A DNA stretch of 64,000 nt, from NCBI GenBank assembly GCA_964016885.1, contig OZ024742.1, positions 345,216,001 through 345,280,000 on the forward strand, read 5' to 3'. This document shows, piece after piece, positions 26,684 through 40,158 of this stretch. The DNA is from Eledone cirrhosa. Lineage: Eukaryota. How positions within the stretch are numbered: position 1 is the first letter of the stretch; each line of letters begins with the position of its first letter. Under the pieces are notes generated by a model, which worked only from the letters and a program-made list of their open reading frames with translations, did not search any database and was not told the DNA's origin. Both the position numbers and the translations under genes were made by a program.

Positions 26684-26866
26684 GGTGGATTGGCAGTATC
26701 GCTAGAGGGTCGGACGCTATGCTTTGACGCATAGAGTTACGGCTCTTGCCATTCTGAGTTCAAATGCCGCCGAGGTTAACTTTGCCTTTCATCCTTATGG
26801 GGTCGATAAAATAAATTACCAGTAATACACTGGGTGATTGCTGGCCTTGTGCCAAAAGCAGAAACA
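26684..26866 (+). mobile_element. SINE inserted in Helitron, 18-bp TSD
   Basis: TSD ATTATATTTCAAACATAC at 26666-26683 and 26867-26884. Confidence 0.92.
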
Positions 26867-29800
26867 ATTATATTTCAAACATACATTTATTTCAAAGATT
26901 TTTTTTCTCCGTGTCAGCTATATATATATATTTATTTCTATATTTATTTCTAAGATTTCACCGTAGAGATAACATATATTTATACATACATGACAGAAAG
27001 TGAACATGGGATGCAGAAAGCATTTCTCATCTAATTCCCAACGCATGGCAGCAGACGCACAAAGACAAAGAGAGATGAGGGCAAATCAATCAAACAATAA
27101 TCGCTCTACAACATCCCAACACATTTCTACAAATTGTAACACACCAACAACAACTTGCAACAAATACACCAAACGTTCAGAGAGGAAGGAACAGGTCAAT
27201 TGAAGGTCTAGCAAAGAGTCTTACAGATGAACATTTCCAGGAGAAAACTGTTCTTTCCATAATGCCACAACATAATGTAGGGTGTCTCTTTGCCTCTGTT
27301 TGTCCGCACTGCAAATCTTACCGCTGGCCACACGAGTCCAAATCTCTGTGTTGCTTCCAGAGAAAAGTGAAATTCCCTCAACTTCCTCCTCCTCCACCAA
27401 ATATACTGAAATATTTCGATATCATTCAAGCAGGAAATTCTTTTCTCCATAAGATACGTGCATATAACAATGTGCTTGCCTTAGTAAAGAGATTAGAGCA
27501 CCAGTATTTAGTCCCATCTGTAAGATCCAAGGTAAGATTTGTCATGTTATTGGATCACTACCTCCAAGTGATGCTTCACCCAAGTTTGCGCGGCTTTACT
27601 TCTATGATACAGATCATGATCTTCTGAATCGCTTGCATCATGATAATTTAGATGCTGTTGTCCTCCAGAACCTACAAGAAGACTTGTACTACCTCAATAC
27701 CTTAAGGGAGTCTTTGAAATGCTAGTCTCTGAAAATGTGAATATTGACCTACATGCTGAAAAAGTAAAACCCACTGATTTTCATTGTCACACATACAATC
27801 TTCCTATAGCATCCGAGATTGCTGTCTCTTGGATGTCATCATTCATAAACGAGATGGTGTTCTTCAGAGGATTCATCAGTTGTACCGTTCTTTTGATCCT
27901 CTGCATTATGTGCTACTGTTTCCTTGGGGGAATGATGGGTTACAGGTTAGTTTTAAAAGGATTGACAACCACACACTCACACCCACTGATTTCTTCTGTT
28001 ATCGGTTTCAGGTTAGGCAAGGTGATTGTAACATTATCATGAAGAGCGGGCGGCTGATGCAGCAATATGCTGTAGATGCCCAGGCAAAAATAGAACATTG
28101 TCGTCTCAAATGGGCCCGCAACAATCAAACCATGATATGAGCTGAAAAGTATGAGGGTTTGTACGATGCTGTGACTGAAGGAGATTCATTAAATTTAGGC
28201 CAGAGAAACGTTCTTCCTCCTTCAATCTATGGTTCCTCTCGCGTCTACAGTGAGTGCTTCCAGAATTGGTTCGATGACTGTGGTTCGACTCACGGGAAAG
28301 CCATCTTATTTAATCACAGTAACTAATCCTAACTGGGATGAAATAAAAAGATGTCCTATGAAAAGTTGTTGATCGTTCTGCTAGATGAGTACGGCCTCAT
28401 TTCTGCTGATAATAGCTGACGATAGCAAGCCCAAAACTGCAGATGCCATTGATCAGGTAGTGTACTATGAGAGACACCTGATAAAGAGACCCATCCAATT
28501 CTGGATAAGATCATCATATCCTGCAAAGTTCATGGCCCATGTGAACAAATTAATATGATGTGACCATGTATGGGAAGGCTAGCCAACAACTCCATTGCTC
28601 AAAACGTTATTCTAGGGCAGTCAGACAAACCACATTTGTTACCAAGACTTCTTTTCCGGAGTATAGAAGGAGGGGTAGACAAGATGGTGGTCACACCCAT
28701 ATAATCTAACTTAAAGGTCAAATATGTACAGTTGATAACCGTTGGATTGTTCCCCACAACCCTTTCCTCTCATTGAGATATCAGTGCCACATTAATTGTG
28801 AAGTTACCACGGTGTGAAGGTTGTTAAGTACATCACAAAAGGATCAGACAAGATCACTCTCACTCTTAAGGATGATCAAGGAAATTGTGTCCATGCCCAA
28901 AATGAGATTGAGACCTATATCAATATATGGTACATCTCAGCCAGTGAAGCATTCGAGAATCTGTAAATTTCCGTTACATCATCGAAAACCACCAGTTGAA
29001 AAGTTGCCTTGCCATTTACCTGGAGAACAAATCGTCGTGTATGAGCGAGAGCAGGGAGAGAGTGTTGTTTCTAGCGGACAGCCAATGATTAAGTTGACAA
29101 AATATTTTTCAACTGAATATTAGAGACCCACTGGCACAAAATATATTGTATATTAATATTCTTAAATATTTCACTTGGATTACAAAAAGTGGCAAAGAAG
29201 AAAAAAGAGACATCTGGATGGTGATCAACAATTTATGAGTGAATCTCTTGGGCGCATTCTAACAATATCTCTCAGTAGACATCAATCTGAATTATATCAC
29301 CTCAGGATGATCCTACATCACAAGGCTGGGTCAACTTCATACAAAGATTTGAAGACAATTAAAGTTGAATTTCCAACATCCCAAGAAGCATGCAGGAAAC
29401 TTGGTCTGTTGGATGAAGATGGAGAAAAAGACAAAGCTATAGAAGCGACATCATCCATTACGCTTTGTCCTCAGCTGCGAGAGATCTTTTGCACCATTTT
29501 ATTGTACTGCATGCCAAATGACCCTCTGCAGTTCTGGGAGAAATGGAAGAATTGTCTTGCAGAGGATATCGTGCAAGAACGTCATGAGCAAGCCATGTCC
29601 ATGCAAACCGTGCAGATTGTTCTACAGAAGATCCAACAAAGACTTCAAAATGATGGCTTGGACATTCATGTCAACTATGGTCTTCTTCGACCAGACCCAA
29701 CTATTATTGCCATACCAGAGGGTTCTAATGGCAGAAACTGATTTCATTACACATCAACTGCAAATAAACATAAATGAACTTCTGCCAACATTGAATCCTG

Positions 29801-32800
29801 AGCAACTGGATATTTTTGAAAAATAATCACCTCTGTAAATGCTAATGAAGGTAGAATGTTCTGCTTGAATGCAAGTGCAGGTACGAGAAAGACTTCTGTC
29901 ATCAACATCATATTGGATAACCTCCGATCTAAAAATAAATTGCACTTGCCACTGCCATATCTGGAATAGCAGCCACTTTGCTTCACAGGGGTAGATCTCT
30001 TCATACAAAATGGAAGATTCGTCTCAATGTGACAGTTGAATCAACTTGCTTCTTCATAAAAAGGGATGCCACAGGTAAACTTATGCAGCAAGCTGACCTG
30101 CTAATCTTTGATGAGATAAGTATCGGACATTTGATGAGATAAGTATGGGACATAAGCATATCTTTGAATGCCTTGACAGGAGTTTCAAAGATGTTCGAGA
30201 TTGCAAAAAACCATTTGGTGGTCTAACAGTATTACTATCTGGTGACTGGAAGCAAATTCTTCCAGTTGTACGTCAAGGTGCTAGACCACAAATAGTTGAG
30301 GCAACCATCAAGAGATCTTATCTCTGGGACTATGTGAAAACCATAGAGATGACAACCAATCAACGGTTAATTAATGCAGAGGATTCTGTTGAAAGACAAT
30401 TTGAAAACTACCTTCTTGATGTGGGAAATGGTAACATTCCAACTGTTCCAACTGTAGGTGCATTCATAATTCCTCTATCAAATGAACTTTGTCTGGAATA
30501 TGGTAATGTGTCTGGACTGTGAGATTTTGTGTATACACATCTTCCAGGAAACTACACAAACCCTCTATGGCTTGCAACTACAGTAATTATCACTCCAATA
30601 AATGATGCCGAAAAAATGATGAATGAGTTTATGTTCAACAAGTTCCCTTGTCATGAAATAATCTACAGAAGCTCTGATGCAGTAGATAATGAACTGCAAT
30701 ATCCAATTGAGTTCATCAACAAACTTACCCCATCAGGCTTCCCAGCACACATACTTAACTGAAGAAAAGCAGTTGCATCATGCTTCTGAGAAATCTGGAT
30801 CCTCTAAACGAACATTGCAATGGTATACGCTACATCATCATCAGTTTAAATAATCATGTAATTGAAGCTGAAGTGGCATTGGGTTCCAATGCTGGAACCA
30901 ATTTCCTGTCAAACCAGCTTTTGCCCTTACATGCAACATGACACAAGGGCAGACATTTGAACAGATAGGTGTATATCTACCAACACAATTCTCCTCACAT
31001 GCTCAGATGTATGTTGCATTATCAAGAGTGACAAAAAAAAAATATATATATAGACATATTAAATAAAAGGGGTCTGTTTGGTGACAACTGTGTCTGCAAA
31101 TTCTACAGTGATGTGGTGCAGCTATCACTCTCTTTTAATTGAAATGCTTTTCAGTTTCTTTTTAATTGCTAGAAAAGGGACACTACAAAAACTTAAGAAG
31201 CCTATATGTGAATACAGTAAAACAACAACATAGCGAAGGTCAACTCTTCATATTGGTAAATATAATTCATACATTCATACCAGCAGCATCTATTTTCAAA
31301 TTCACTGCTTGAAGTTTCCCATCGACATTCTCAAGTGAAGATTCATGAACATTTTCTGTCAAACGTGTCATCGCTTTTCCATCTTCATTATCGCCTTTTT
31401 TTAAATGATCATGGATTTCTTTACTGATTACAGAAGTAAGTCTTTGTTCTGTCTATGTGCGTATTGTCAATTTACTTTTCAATTTATGTATCATATCTTT
31501 ATGCATATATATTTGCGTATATCAATATGCACAGTACATATGCTAACAGAAAACAGCCCGAGGGCGGTTCTTCTGCTAGTACTATATAATATCGTATTAA
31601 AAGCAATTAGCGAAGCTAAAATATCCGGGCACATATCTTCTGAAATATGTGAGAATATAATTATTTTTCAACAGTAAAAAATAAACATGAATTCAATAAT
31701 GTGATTAATTTTGTTTATTACTATTCGGCAAGAGAAATTGATAAAGTTACTTGAGATGAAAATATAAAATAAGACGTAGACATAAATAATGACTCCTATT
31801 CAAATTGGCAAACCGATAAAAAGTTGTTTGCCTAAGAATACCTGTAAAAAGGAAACAAAATAAAATTAAACGAGAATGCTTTTAAAACCTATAATTAAAA
31901 TGTGAACTCAAATGAAACTTCATTACACAAAGAAAAAGATATAATCTTTTTTTGTCTTTCGGTAAAACGATTATTTGTTTGGCTAATGTTCCATTAATAT
32001 CGGATCCTTTCTTCCCTAGTAGATTCCTTTTTTCGTGCGTGCCAGATGACCTGATAGGTCAGTTGTTTCAAACCTTTTATGATCACAAGTCATTTTGGAA
32101 ATTCAAAACTACATCACGACCTTCTGGTTAGTTTCATTGTTTGTTTGCTCTCATTTTTATAACACAAATCAATTTTCTAACTATCGTATAACTTTAACAT
32201 TAGACATTTGTTTTTCTTTGAAACATATTCCTCCTAAGATTTTATTTGGAGCAGCTGTTATTTTGTAGCTTTTATGTATATGTCGTATTGTATAACACAT
32301 TCATAGATTTGTTTTTACAATTTATTATATGTTTCAACTGTAAATGAATTAGTCTTCCGTGCACATATGCTAGGAACCACTTAAATAGATCGTCTCTGTT
32401 TAGTTCAGATAAATAATATTTTTTCGCTAGTGACAGTTTTATCATGTCTACAATATTTTACAAAGGAAGTTACGCGCACTGATGGAAATATCAAGAAAAG
32501 ATAAACATAGACTATTTTTCAAATAATAATCTTCCACGTTAAGGCAGTGAATTGGTAGAATCCTTGGAACATTGGATAGAGTTCTTTGACGTATTCGATC
32601 CAGCGCTCCGAGATCAACTTGGCCTTTTATATTTTCAACGTCGATGAAAAAGTACCAGTCCAGTATTGGGAGTGATTCTATCTCTATATCTCTCATTTCA
32701 TCTGTCATAACATATATCATTACGGTCCTCATCACCCTTTAAGTCTTACCCGATACTATCATCAAATGAAATACAAACAGAAAAATTGATTCTACTTTAG

Positions 32801-33128
32801 GCACAAGGCTGGCAATTTAAAGAGGATGTAAGAATGAAAGGCAAAGTTAACCTCGGCGGGATTTGAACTCAGAACGTTTAAGTACCGTAACACTACACCG
32901 CGTATCATGGTGTTTGACACTCTACCGATACCGTTTGAATAGTCGCAGACATGTTTATGAGGTTAAAGAATTCGTTACGTAACGTCGTGATTATGGGCTC
33001 ATTCCTACTAAGTGAAATTTAATAGAAGGAAACTACAGAAGCCCGTCATATATATATATATATTATTCAAAATATGTTTTATTATATATATTTCGAAGGT
33101 ACTGTGCTGTTTTTTCAGTACGTCCTCG

Positions 33129-33212
<84 letters not shown>

Positions 33213-33216
<4 letters not shown>

Positions 33217-33410
33217 TTAATATAGATGAGATTCTACAGGACTAGAACTGTTTCATTCATTAGAAATCATCAGGGATTCCTGATGATTTCTAATGAATGA
33301 AACATTTCTAGTCCTGTAGAATCTCATCTATATTAAAACTTTTATACTCTGCTATGTATTGAGTACCTTACTTACTGTGGTTACCTCCGATTCAACCCGG
33401 AATAACGTAT
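33213..33410 (+). mobile_element. (TA)n-bounded palindromic Penelope remnant with hammerhead
   Basis: Palindrome spans 33213-33340. Hammerhead at 33273-33325 reads GGGATTC-CTGATGA-tTTCtaatGAAt-GAAA-CA(T/G)ttctagtcCTG-TA-GAATCTC. The tail resembles the reverse complement of 54505-54600. Confidence 0.7.
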
Positions 33411-33435
33411 ATATATATATATATATATATATAGA

Positions 33436-34117
33436 AAATTAAATTAAATTAATTTAAGGGTCTCATGTCAGAGAGACACGCGCCATATCCACTGTAGAAT
33501 ATACTCCAAGATTCCAATGAATAGATCCGACCATTTTATATCAACTAGAAATTGATTGACATATATATATATATATATATCTAAAATAAACATATGAAAC
33601 AATCACAGGGAATAATTTGTAAATGTGTGTAAGCACATATAGCTATGTGGGTAACTAATTAAAGTTTAACTAGAACTTTAAAAATAGACACCTTATAAAT
33701 GGATTAATCTTCCTTGTATATATTTCATTAAAGAAATATATTTCACCATCAATCGTTCGGTAAACCACAGTAGCCAAATCGAATTTTCAACAAGGAAGAA
33801 GACTTAACTATCTGTGTTTACACAGCAAATTCAAATCTGCGAATGACTAGCAGCACGTGTTGCACTTTTCAAAAATACACACATTGTACCAGCTTAATCT
33901 CAGTGGCGTGAATAGGGTTATCGACAACAAGAAATAGCAGTCGAGTCCTTTCAAATGAGTTAGCTCAACAATTAAGGGCCCGTATATATATATATCCAAA
34001 ATTAAATTAGATTAAATTAAGGGCGTCATGTCAGAGACATGCGCCATATCCCTGTGATTGTTTCATATGTTTATTTTAGATATATATATATATGTCAATC
34101 AATTTCTAGTTGATATA
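33436..34117. repeat. Nested direct (33436-33490 / 33998-34050) and inverted (33537-33610 / 34050-34117) repeats in (TA)n; probable PLE remnants
   Basis: Direct reading. The same inverted-arm sequence recurs at ~46893-46957. Confidence 0.65.
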
Positions 34118-34611
34118 TATATTTTGCATGTATATATACATATATACATGCAAAATATATATATCAACTAGATATTGATTGAATACTTGCATGTATATAT
34201 GTATATATACATGCAAAAGGCAAACAAATATAATAAAGCAAACAGACAAGGAACACATATATTATTAGTGTTACTCTAAATATAGTAGGAAAAGCCTTAA
34301 CGTTTCGGAACTTAGTCCTTCACCAGAAAATAGAATGAGAAATCAAAGCATATATATTTGTGTGTGTATGTGCGTGCATGTGTGTGTGTGTGTGTGCGTG
34401 TGCGCGCGCGCGCGTGTATGTGTGTGTGTGTGTTCGTGTGTGTATTTAGGTTTATGTCACGTAACTTAGCTTAGCGGTTTGACTAAATGGTGATAGACAA
34501 AATATAGTCCCCACTTGAAGAAGATATAATCGACTAAATCAATATCATGCCCCAGTACGACCACATTTAAGGAATCAAAGAATCAAAGAATGAAGTTCCA
34601 ATTTCCAATAT

Positions 34612-34829
34612 TGTCGTCGGCATCCGTCCATCTTCGCAGGATGATGGGGTAGCTTCGCCTGGGTCTCAGCTCCCACTTCCTACAAAATGCCCCATACCGC
34701 GCGCGTCTCAAATAGCCTCTGACAACCTAGTCCAGCTCCTGGCTTTCTTGTGTGGCTTAGTCTCTAAGCCCGGCGGTCCTGTTTCAAACCGACAAGAGAA
34801 GGGACGAAAGGACGGTTACTGGTGCCTTA
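34612..34829. mobile_element. Short RTE-LINE-like insertion with 13-bp TSD
   Basis: TSD CAATTTCCAATAT at 34599-34611 and 34830-34842. The insert is GC-rich and resembles an RTE 5'UTR (GCGCGTCTCAAATAGCCTCTGACAACC..AAGCCCGGCGG) preceded by an inverted RTE-like 3' tail. The RTE assignment is from recall. Confidence 0.6.
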
Positions 34830-35032
34830 CAATTTCCAATATACACACCATATAATCTAGAGATATTCGGGCATTGAAGCCCCTTCTCAATGTGTCAATG
34901 AACTTAGTGTAATACGTAAAATTAATTGAATTTAAGCTATGAGGATAACTACATTGTCACGATGAGATTCAAGCTTGCCAAGCGACTATTTCTTTCTCCA
35001 TTAATAAACAATATATATGTGTATATAATATG

Positions 35033-35143
<111 letters not shown>

Positions 35144-35184
35144 TATATATATGTATAATATATATATATATAAATATCATAGAT

Positions 35185-35258
<74 letters not shown>

Positions 35259-35455
35259 TATAGTTATGAGTTATTAACTTTAACTTTCATTTATATTTCG
35301 GCTCCCTCAAGAGGTGAGCTTATTAAGTTGCGTGTGTTGGACTATTAGTTCTAACCAATACACTCACACCACGTTTGACTTACGGCGCACGAGGTGATGT
35401 ATTATTTTTCTGTGTGAACGTTAGTGCTAGGTGTTTGTCGCATTTAATCAGATTC

Positions 35456-35533
35456 TCTCGCTGATGATGCCCGTGGATTATCTGTTACAAACACACTCAG
35501 GGCGAAACAGATTAATCCCTAATCTGTCCGAGA
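35456..35533 (+). ncRNA. Type I hammerhead ribozyme with all three stems
   Basis: TCTCG-CTGATGA-T-GCCC..GGGC-GAAA-CAGATTA-atccc-TAATCTG-TC-CGAGA, with a GUC cleavage triplet. Confidence 0.88.
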
Positions 35534-35697
35534 TATAATTGTTATTGAGGCGGTTTGTATAATTTTATTTCATCATTCTGTCTGCTTCATGGATAAATAT
35601 GTCAAACAAATGTGGTTCTTCAACCCTCGTAATATTAGCCACACTATTTACTGTGTTTCTTACTAAATATATTATATATTCATATATGCATATATGC

Positions 35698-35760
<63 letters not shown>

Positions 35761-38700
35761 GATAAATCTACCAAAATATACGGTAGTGTCCAATCCGTAT
35801 GAAGAACTCAATGTAATACAAATATCATGAAGAGAGAAGATGTATTCAAAAGTAATTCGATGAAAATCACAGGAAAACAGAGTCAAGATAAATTAATAAA
35901 AACAATGAATAAAAACAAAGAACAAGTTCCTTATATTAAAAAATTCATCATTTTACGATCGTTTCTCGGATATATATGTGTGTTGGTATATATATCATAT
36001 AGATCTATGTAAAAATTTTACAAACCATCAGAGGAAAAGGGGTCAAGACGGTGAAAGGTACACGAAAATTTGATGTTATTAAAGAATAATGCTAATGTTA
36101 AAATCGAAGGAGATTAACATTTTAGGGTAAAGGTGTTAGTGAGAGATACCAATCTTATTTAAAACACAAGGAATTTAAATCTATAACAAGAAATTAAATT
36201 GATTGATAGGTATACTTATAGGGATACATTTATATTAATTCATATGGAAGTGATAAATAAGAGTTAGATGTTATTAAAGAATCTTGTTAATAACGAATAA
36301 ATAAAATTTTGGGATAAATGTATTAGTAGTGAGAAATACCAAACTTATGTAGGAATACAAGGAATCTAGATTCATAATAGGAAATTAAATTAATTTATAT
36401 GTATCCTAATAGGTATTAATTTTAGGAAAAAAGAGCTGTAAAAGGAAAATAAAATTATGATGTTCTCTGTAGTAAAATACTAATTATAGGTTAACTAAAT
36501 TTAAAAAAACTAATTATAATAATATCTAAAATATAAGTGTAAGGTGTATATTAATGTCCTTCTAATTCTATGATTGCAAGATATAATTAATTCTTGTCGC
36601 TTATTTAATAGGATATCCTTAGATTTCATTATTTCAAAAAGTTCCTGGGAACATAATCTACACTCATATCTGTTATTTTGATAAGGGGTGTCCCTTTTGA
36701 GCAGACTCCAGGTCGGGTTGTAATCGAGATTCTTTTTTCTATAATTATTTATTGTTTCAGCCAAGGATGTTGTATTAGCTAATGCGGCATTTTTAAAACT
36801 ATGTTTGTGGGTATTAAATCTTACTTTAAATTGGTTGGAAGTAGCTCCTATACATGAATAAGTTGAGTCCTTAGTGCTGATTTTACATTTATATTCTATG
36901 TTATTAATAAGACAATTTCCCTTAATGGGCAATTTCTTTTGTTTCTACAGTTACAACCATTCGTGAATATTATATCAGGGGAGTTAGTCAAATTTGGTGT
37001 GGAAATTACTCGACTTGTTATATGTGAAGGAGATGGTGGTTTGTTGCGGTTTATTTTAGTATTATGGTTGGTGTGATGTGTTAGTGGTATATTCGTGTTT
37101 TTTTTTACATTTATATGCATTGTACGCATCTATATTTTGTTGTATATTTTTGGTAGTGGAGTAGGAAAATTTGACAGTTGATCTATTTAAAATTTGATGG
37201 TATTTATGGTTTGGCGGGAAGTTCTTCTCTAGGATAGTAAAAAGATTTTTAGGGATATTATCTTTAATTTGTAGATTAAATGGAGCATTATACCAAGTAA
37301 CGCATCTATTACGGTTTCGATGTTGTTTTTTATATTTATACGATGTATCAGGATGTTTATTAAGAGAGTTAGTATTAGTGAATTTATTATATATAGGTTT
37401 AGTTAGATTCACTGATTTAGGTGTTTTAGTCTGATTATTAGGAATTTTGTTAGTAATGTTATTAACGTATATTGGAGTATTAGGATGAATGGTTTTTTGA
37501 AAGTTATTATATTTTATGTGAGAAGAGGTAGAGAAATTAAGTTTTAAGTTGGTACTTTAGGGTTTAGGTGTGTCTTTTTCATTTGGTGTTTGTTGGTAAT
37601 ATTGGGTTGTATGTTTGAAGTATTATTGGTGCAAGCTATATAGACAAATTTGTTTTTGTGGCCGCTTCTAGCTAAAGCTTCGTTATAAAAGGGCGCATTT
37701 TTATCGAATACATCCTGGTTAGATGAAAGGTTAGACATTCTGTGTGAGATATTATATGGTAGGTTTTTAAGGATAGATCTAGGGTGATTGGATTGTGAGT
37801 GTATGTAATGTAAGTTTTGGTTAGGTTTATGGTAAGGTTGGTAGATACCCGTAGATAAGTCTAAAGTTATATCTAGGAAATTAACTACTTTACTGGTGTT
37901 TTTCAAATGTAATAGTGAGACTATAATAGTCTGTGAGAAAAGTTCTAATAAGTTTTTTATTTTTTTCAATTTCTGATAGGCTAAGGTTAGTGGAAAGTAA
38001 AAGAAAGTCATCACGATATAAACCACCTTTAAGGTGGGGAAAATAAGCATTTATGTAAAATAGAAGAAAGCGGCCCACGAGATCGGTAATTTGAGCAGAA
38101 TCACTAGAGCCCATAGTAATGTGGAATAGATTACTATATGTATTTCTGGTCCAGTATTCCTTCTGAAATTCTAATAGTGTTTGTCTAGCGTGCGTGATAA
38201 TATTAATGTCGTCCATAGTTAAGTTTGATCTATTTTTGGCAAATATCAAGGCTTGTTTAGGAGTATGGGTGATATAGAGGGATAATAAGCATCTATATCA
38301 AATTGTAGAAAAGAAGCAGATGATTTATTTCTAATATTAGTAAACCAGTTAATTACCTGGGATGTGTTTTCACAGATATGAGTGTAGATTATGTTCCCAG
38401 GAACTTTTTGAAATAATGAAATCTAAGGATATCCTATTAAATAAGCGACGAGAATTAATTATATCTTGCAATCATAGAATTAGAAGAACTTTCAAATATT
38501 ATAAACCTAATTAATATACACCTTACACTTATATTTTACATATTATTATAATTATTTTTTTTTATTTAGTTAACCTATAATTAGTATTTTACTACAGAGA
38601 ACTTCATAATTTTATTTTCCTTTTACAGCTCTTTTTTCTTAAAATTAATACCTATAAGTATACATATAAATTAATTTAATTTCGTGTTCTGAATCTAGAT

Positions 38701-39240
38701 TCCTTGTAGTCTATATAAGTTTGGTATTTCACACTACTACATTTATCCTAAAATTTTATTTTCCTTCGTTTTTAACAACATTCTTTAATAACATCTAACT
38801 CTTATTTATCACATCCATATGAATTAATATAAATTTATCTCTATAATTATACCTATCAATCAATTTAATTTCTTGTTATAGATTTAAATTCCTTGTGTTT
38901 TAAATAAGATTGGTATTTCTCACTAACACCTTTACCCTAAAATGTTAATCTCCTTCGATTTTAACATTAGCATTATTCTTTAAAAACATCAAATTTTCGT
39001 GTACCTTTCACCGGCTTGACCCCTTTTCATTCCCAAACTATTTTTTTCATTCAAAGTATTCTTTCCATTCAAAACTTAAGTCAGCATTCCTCTCCCTCTA
39101 AATTAAATTTCTACTACTACTATTCTATCAACTTGACCACTTACTACTTTTCTATTGTTCAATTCAAAACCTGTTCCCAAACAGACCTATTATATTAAAT
39201 CTTTGTTGTTTTTTTTTTCAATAAACAAATATTATTTCTG

Positions 39241-39398
39241 GTCGGACGCCATGCTTTGACGCATAGAGTTACGGCCCTTGCCATTCTGAGTTCAAATCCC
39301 GCCGAGGTTAACTTTGCCTTTCATCCTTACGGGGTCGATAAAATAAAGTACCAGTAATGTACTGGGTAATTGCTGGCCTTGTGCTAATAGTAGAAACA
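39241..39398 (+). mobile_element. 5'-truncated SINE in the pLTR, 10-bp TSD
   Basis: TSD ATTATTTCTG at 39231-39240 and 39399-39408. Confidence 0.88.
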
Positions 39399-39530
39399 AT
39401 TATTTCTGAAGACAGCATATATATGTGAAGGTATGTATATTTCCTCTGATGGTTTGTAAAATTTTTACATAGATCTATATGATATACATACCAACACACA
39501 TATATATCCTAGAAACGATCGTAAAATGAT
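39399..39530 (+). ncRNA. Type I hammerhead with long stem II (homolog of 3799-3937)
   Basis: ATTATTT-CTGAAGA-[~100 nt]-GAAA-CGATCG-TA-AAATGAT. Confidence 0.75.
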
Positions 39531-39583
39531 GAATTTTTTAATATAGGGAACTTGTTCTTTGTTTTTATTCATTGTTTTTATTA

Positions 39584-39621
<38 letters not shown>

Positions 39622-39780
39622 CGGGGATAGGAGCTAGATACCACATTTCCTTCGTTATATATATATATATGCATATACGTATATATATATATGTACATAT
39701 ATATACTTATCTATCTATATCTCCCTATCTACCCATATCTCCATCCACAAACACACACACACACATACACACACACACAT

Positions 39781-39881
<101 letters not shown>

Positions 39882-40158
39882 GTGGATGGGGAGATAGGTA
39901 AATACAGATAGATAAGTAGATAGATAGATAGATAGATATATTTCTTTATTTACCATAAAGGCATAAAAAGAAGGGACAAATACAAAGGGGGAGTTTACAT
40001 ATAATCGAGTAAAAAGGGTGTAATATGAAAATAATCGAAAATAACCTCAAAAGGGAGGGGACGTGATGGGGGTTGCCCCCCCCCCCCCCGAAAAAGTGTG
40101 CAATCCTTTGCCCGGAGAGCACATGGAGAAGGTGCTCCCCTCTCCTTTACTTATTTAC

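Larger units (their letters stand above)
26132..31579 (+). mobile_element. Autonomous-type Helitron (Rep-helicase pseudogene)
   Basis: TC start and hairpin plus CTAG|T end. Protein fragments include CPHCKSYRW..CC, IRAYNN, YRSFDPLHYVLLFPWG, LMQQYAVD, the Rep motif-3 region VKYITKG, YHLRMILHH, a degenerate Walker A, LIFDE and FGGLTVLLSGDWKQILPV. There are many stops and frameshifts. Confidence 0.92.
35758..39585 (-). mobile_element. Penelope-like element, 5'-truncated, with inverted pLTR at its 5' side
   Basis: RT fragments ITMGSSDSAQITDLVG, GGLYRDD, VNFLDITL and SNHP (37544-38370). Linker CNCRNKRNCPL. GIY-YIG YKC..YSCIGATSNQFKVRFNTH..CRLC..E..N..CNH (36510-36932). 38372-39030 is the reverse complement of ~36035-36672, and 39435-39585 of ~35892-36036. 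Both ends are in (TA)n. Confidence 0.92.
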
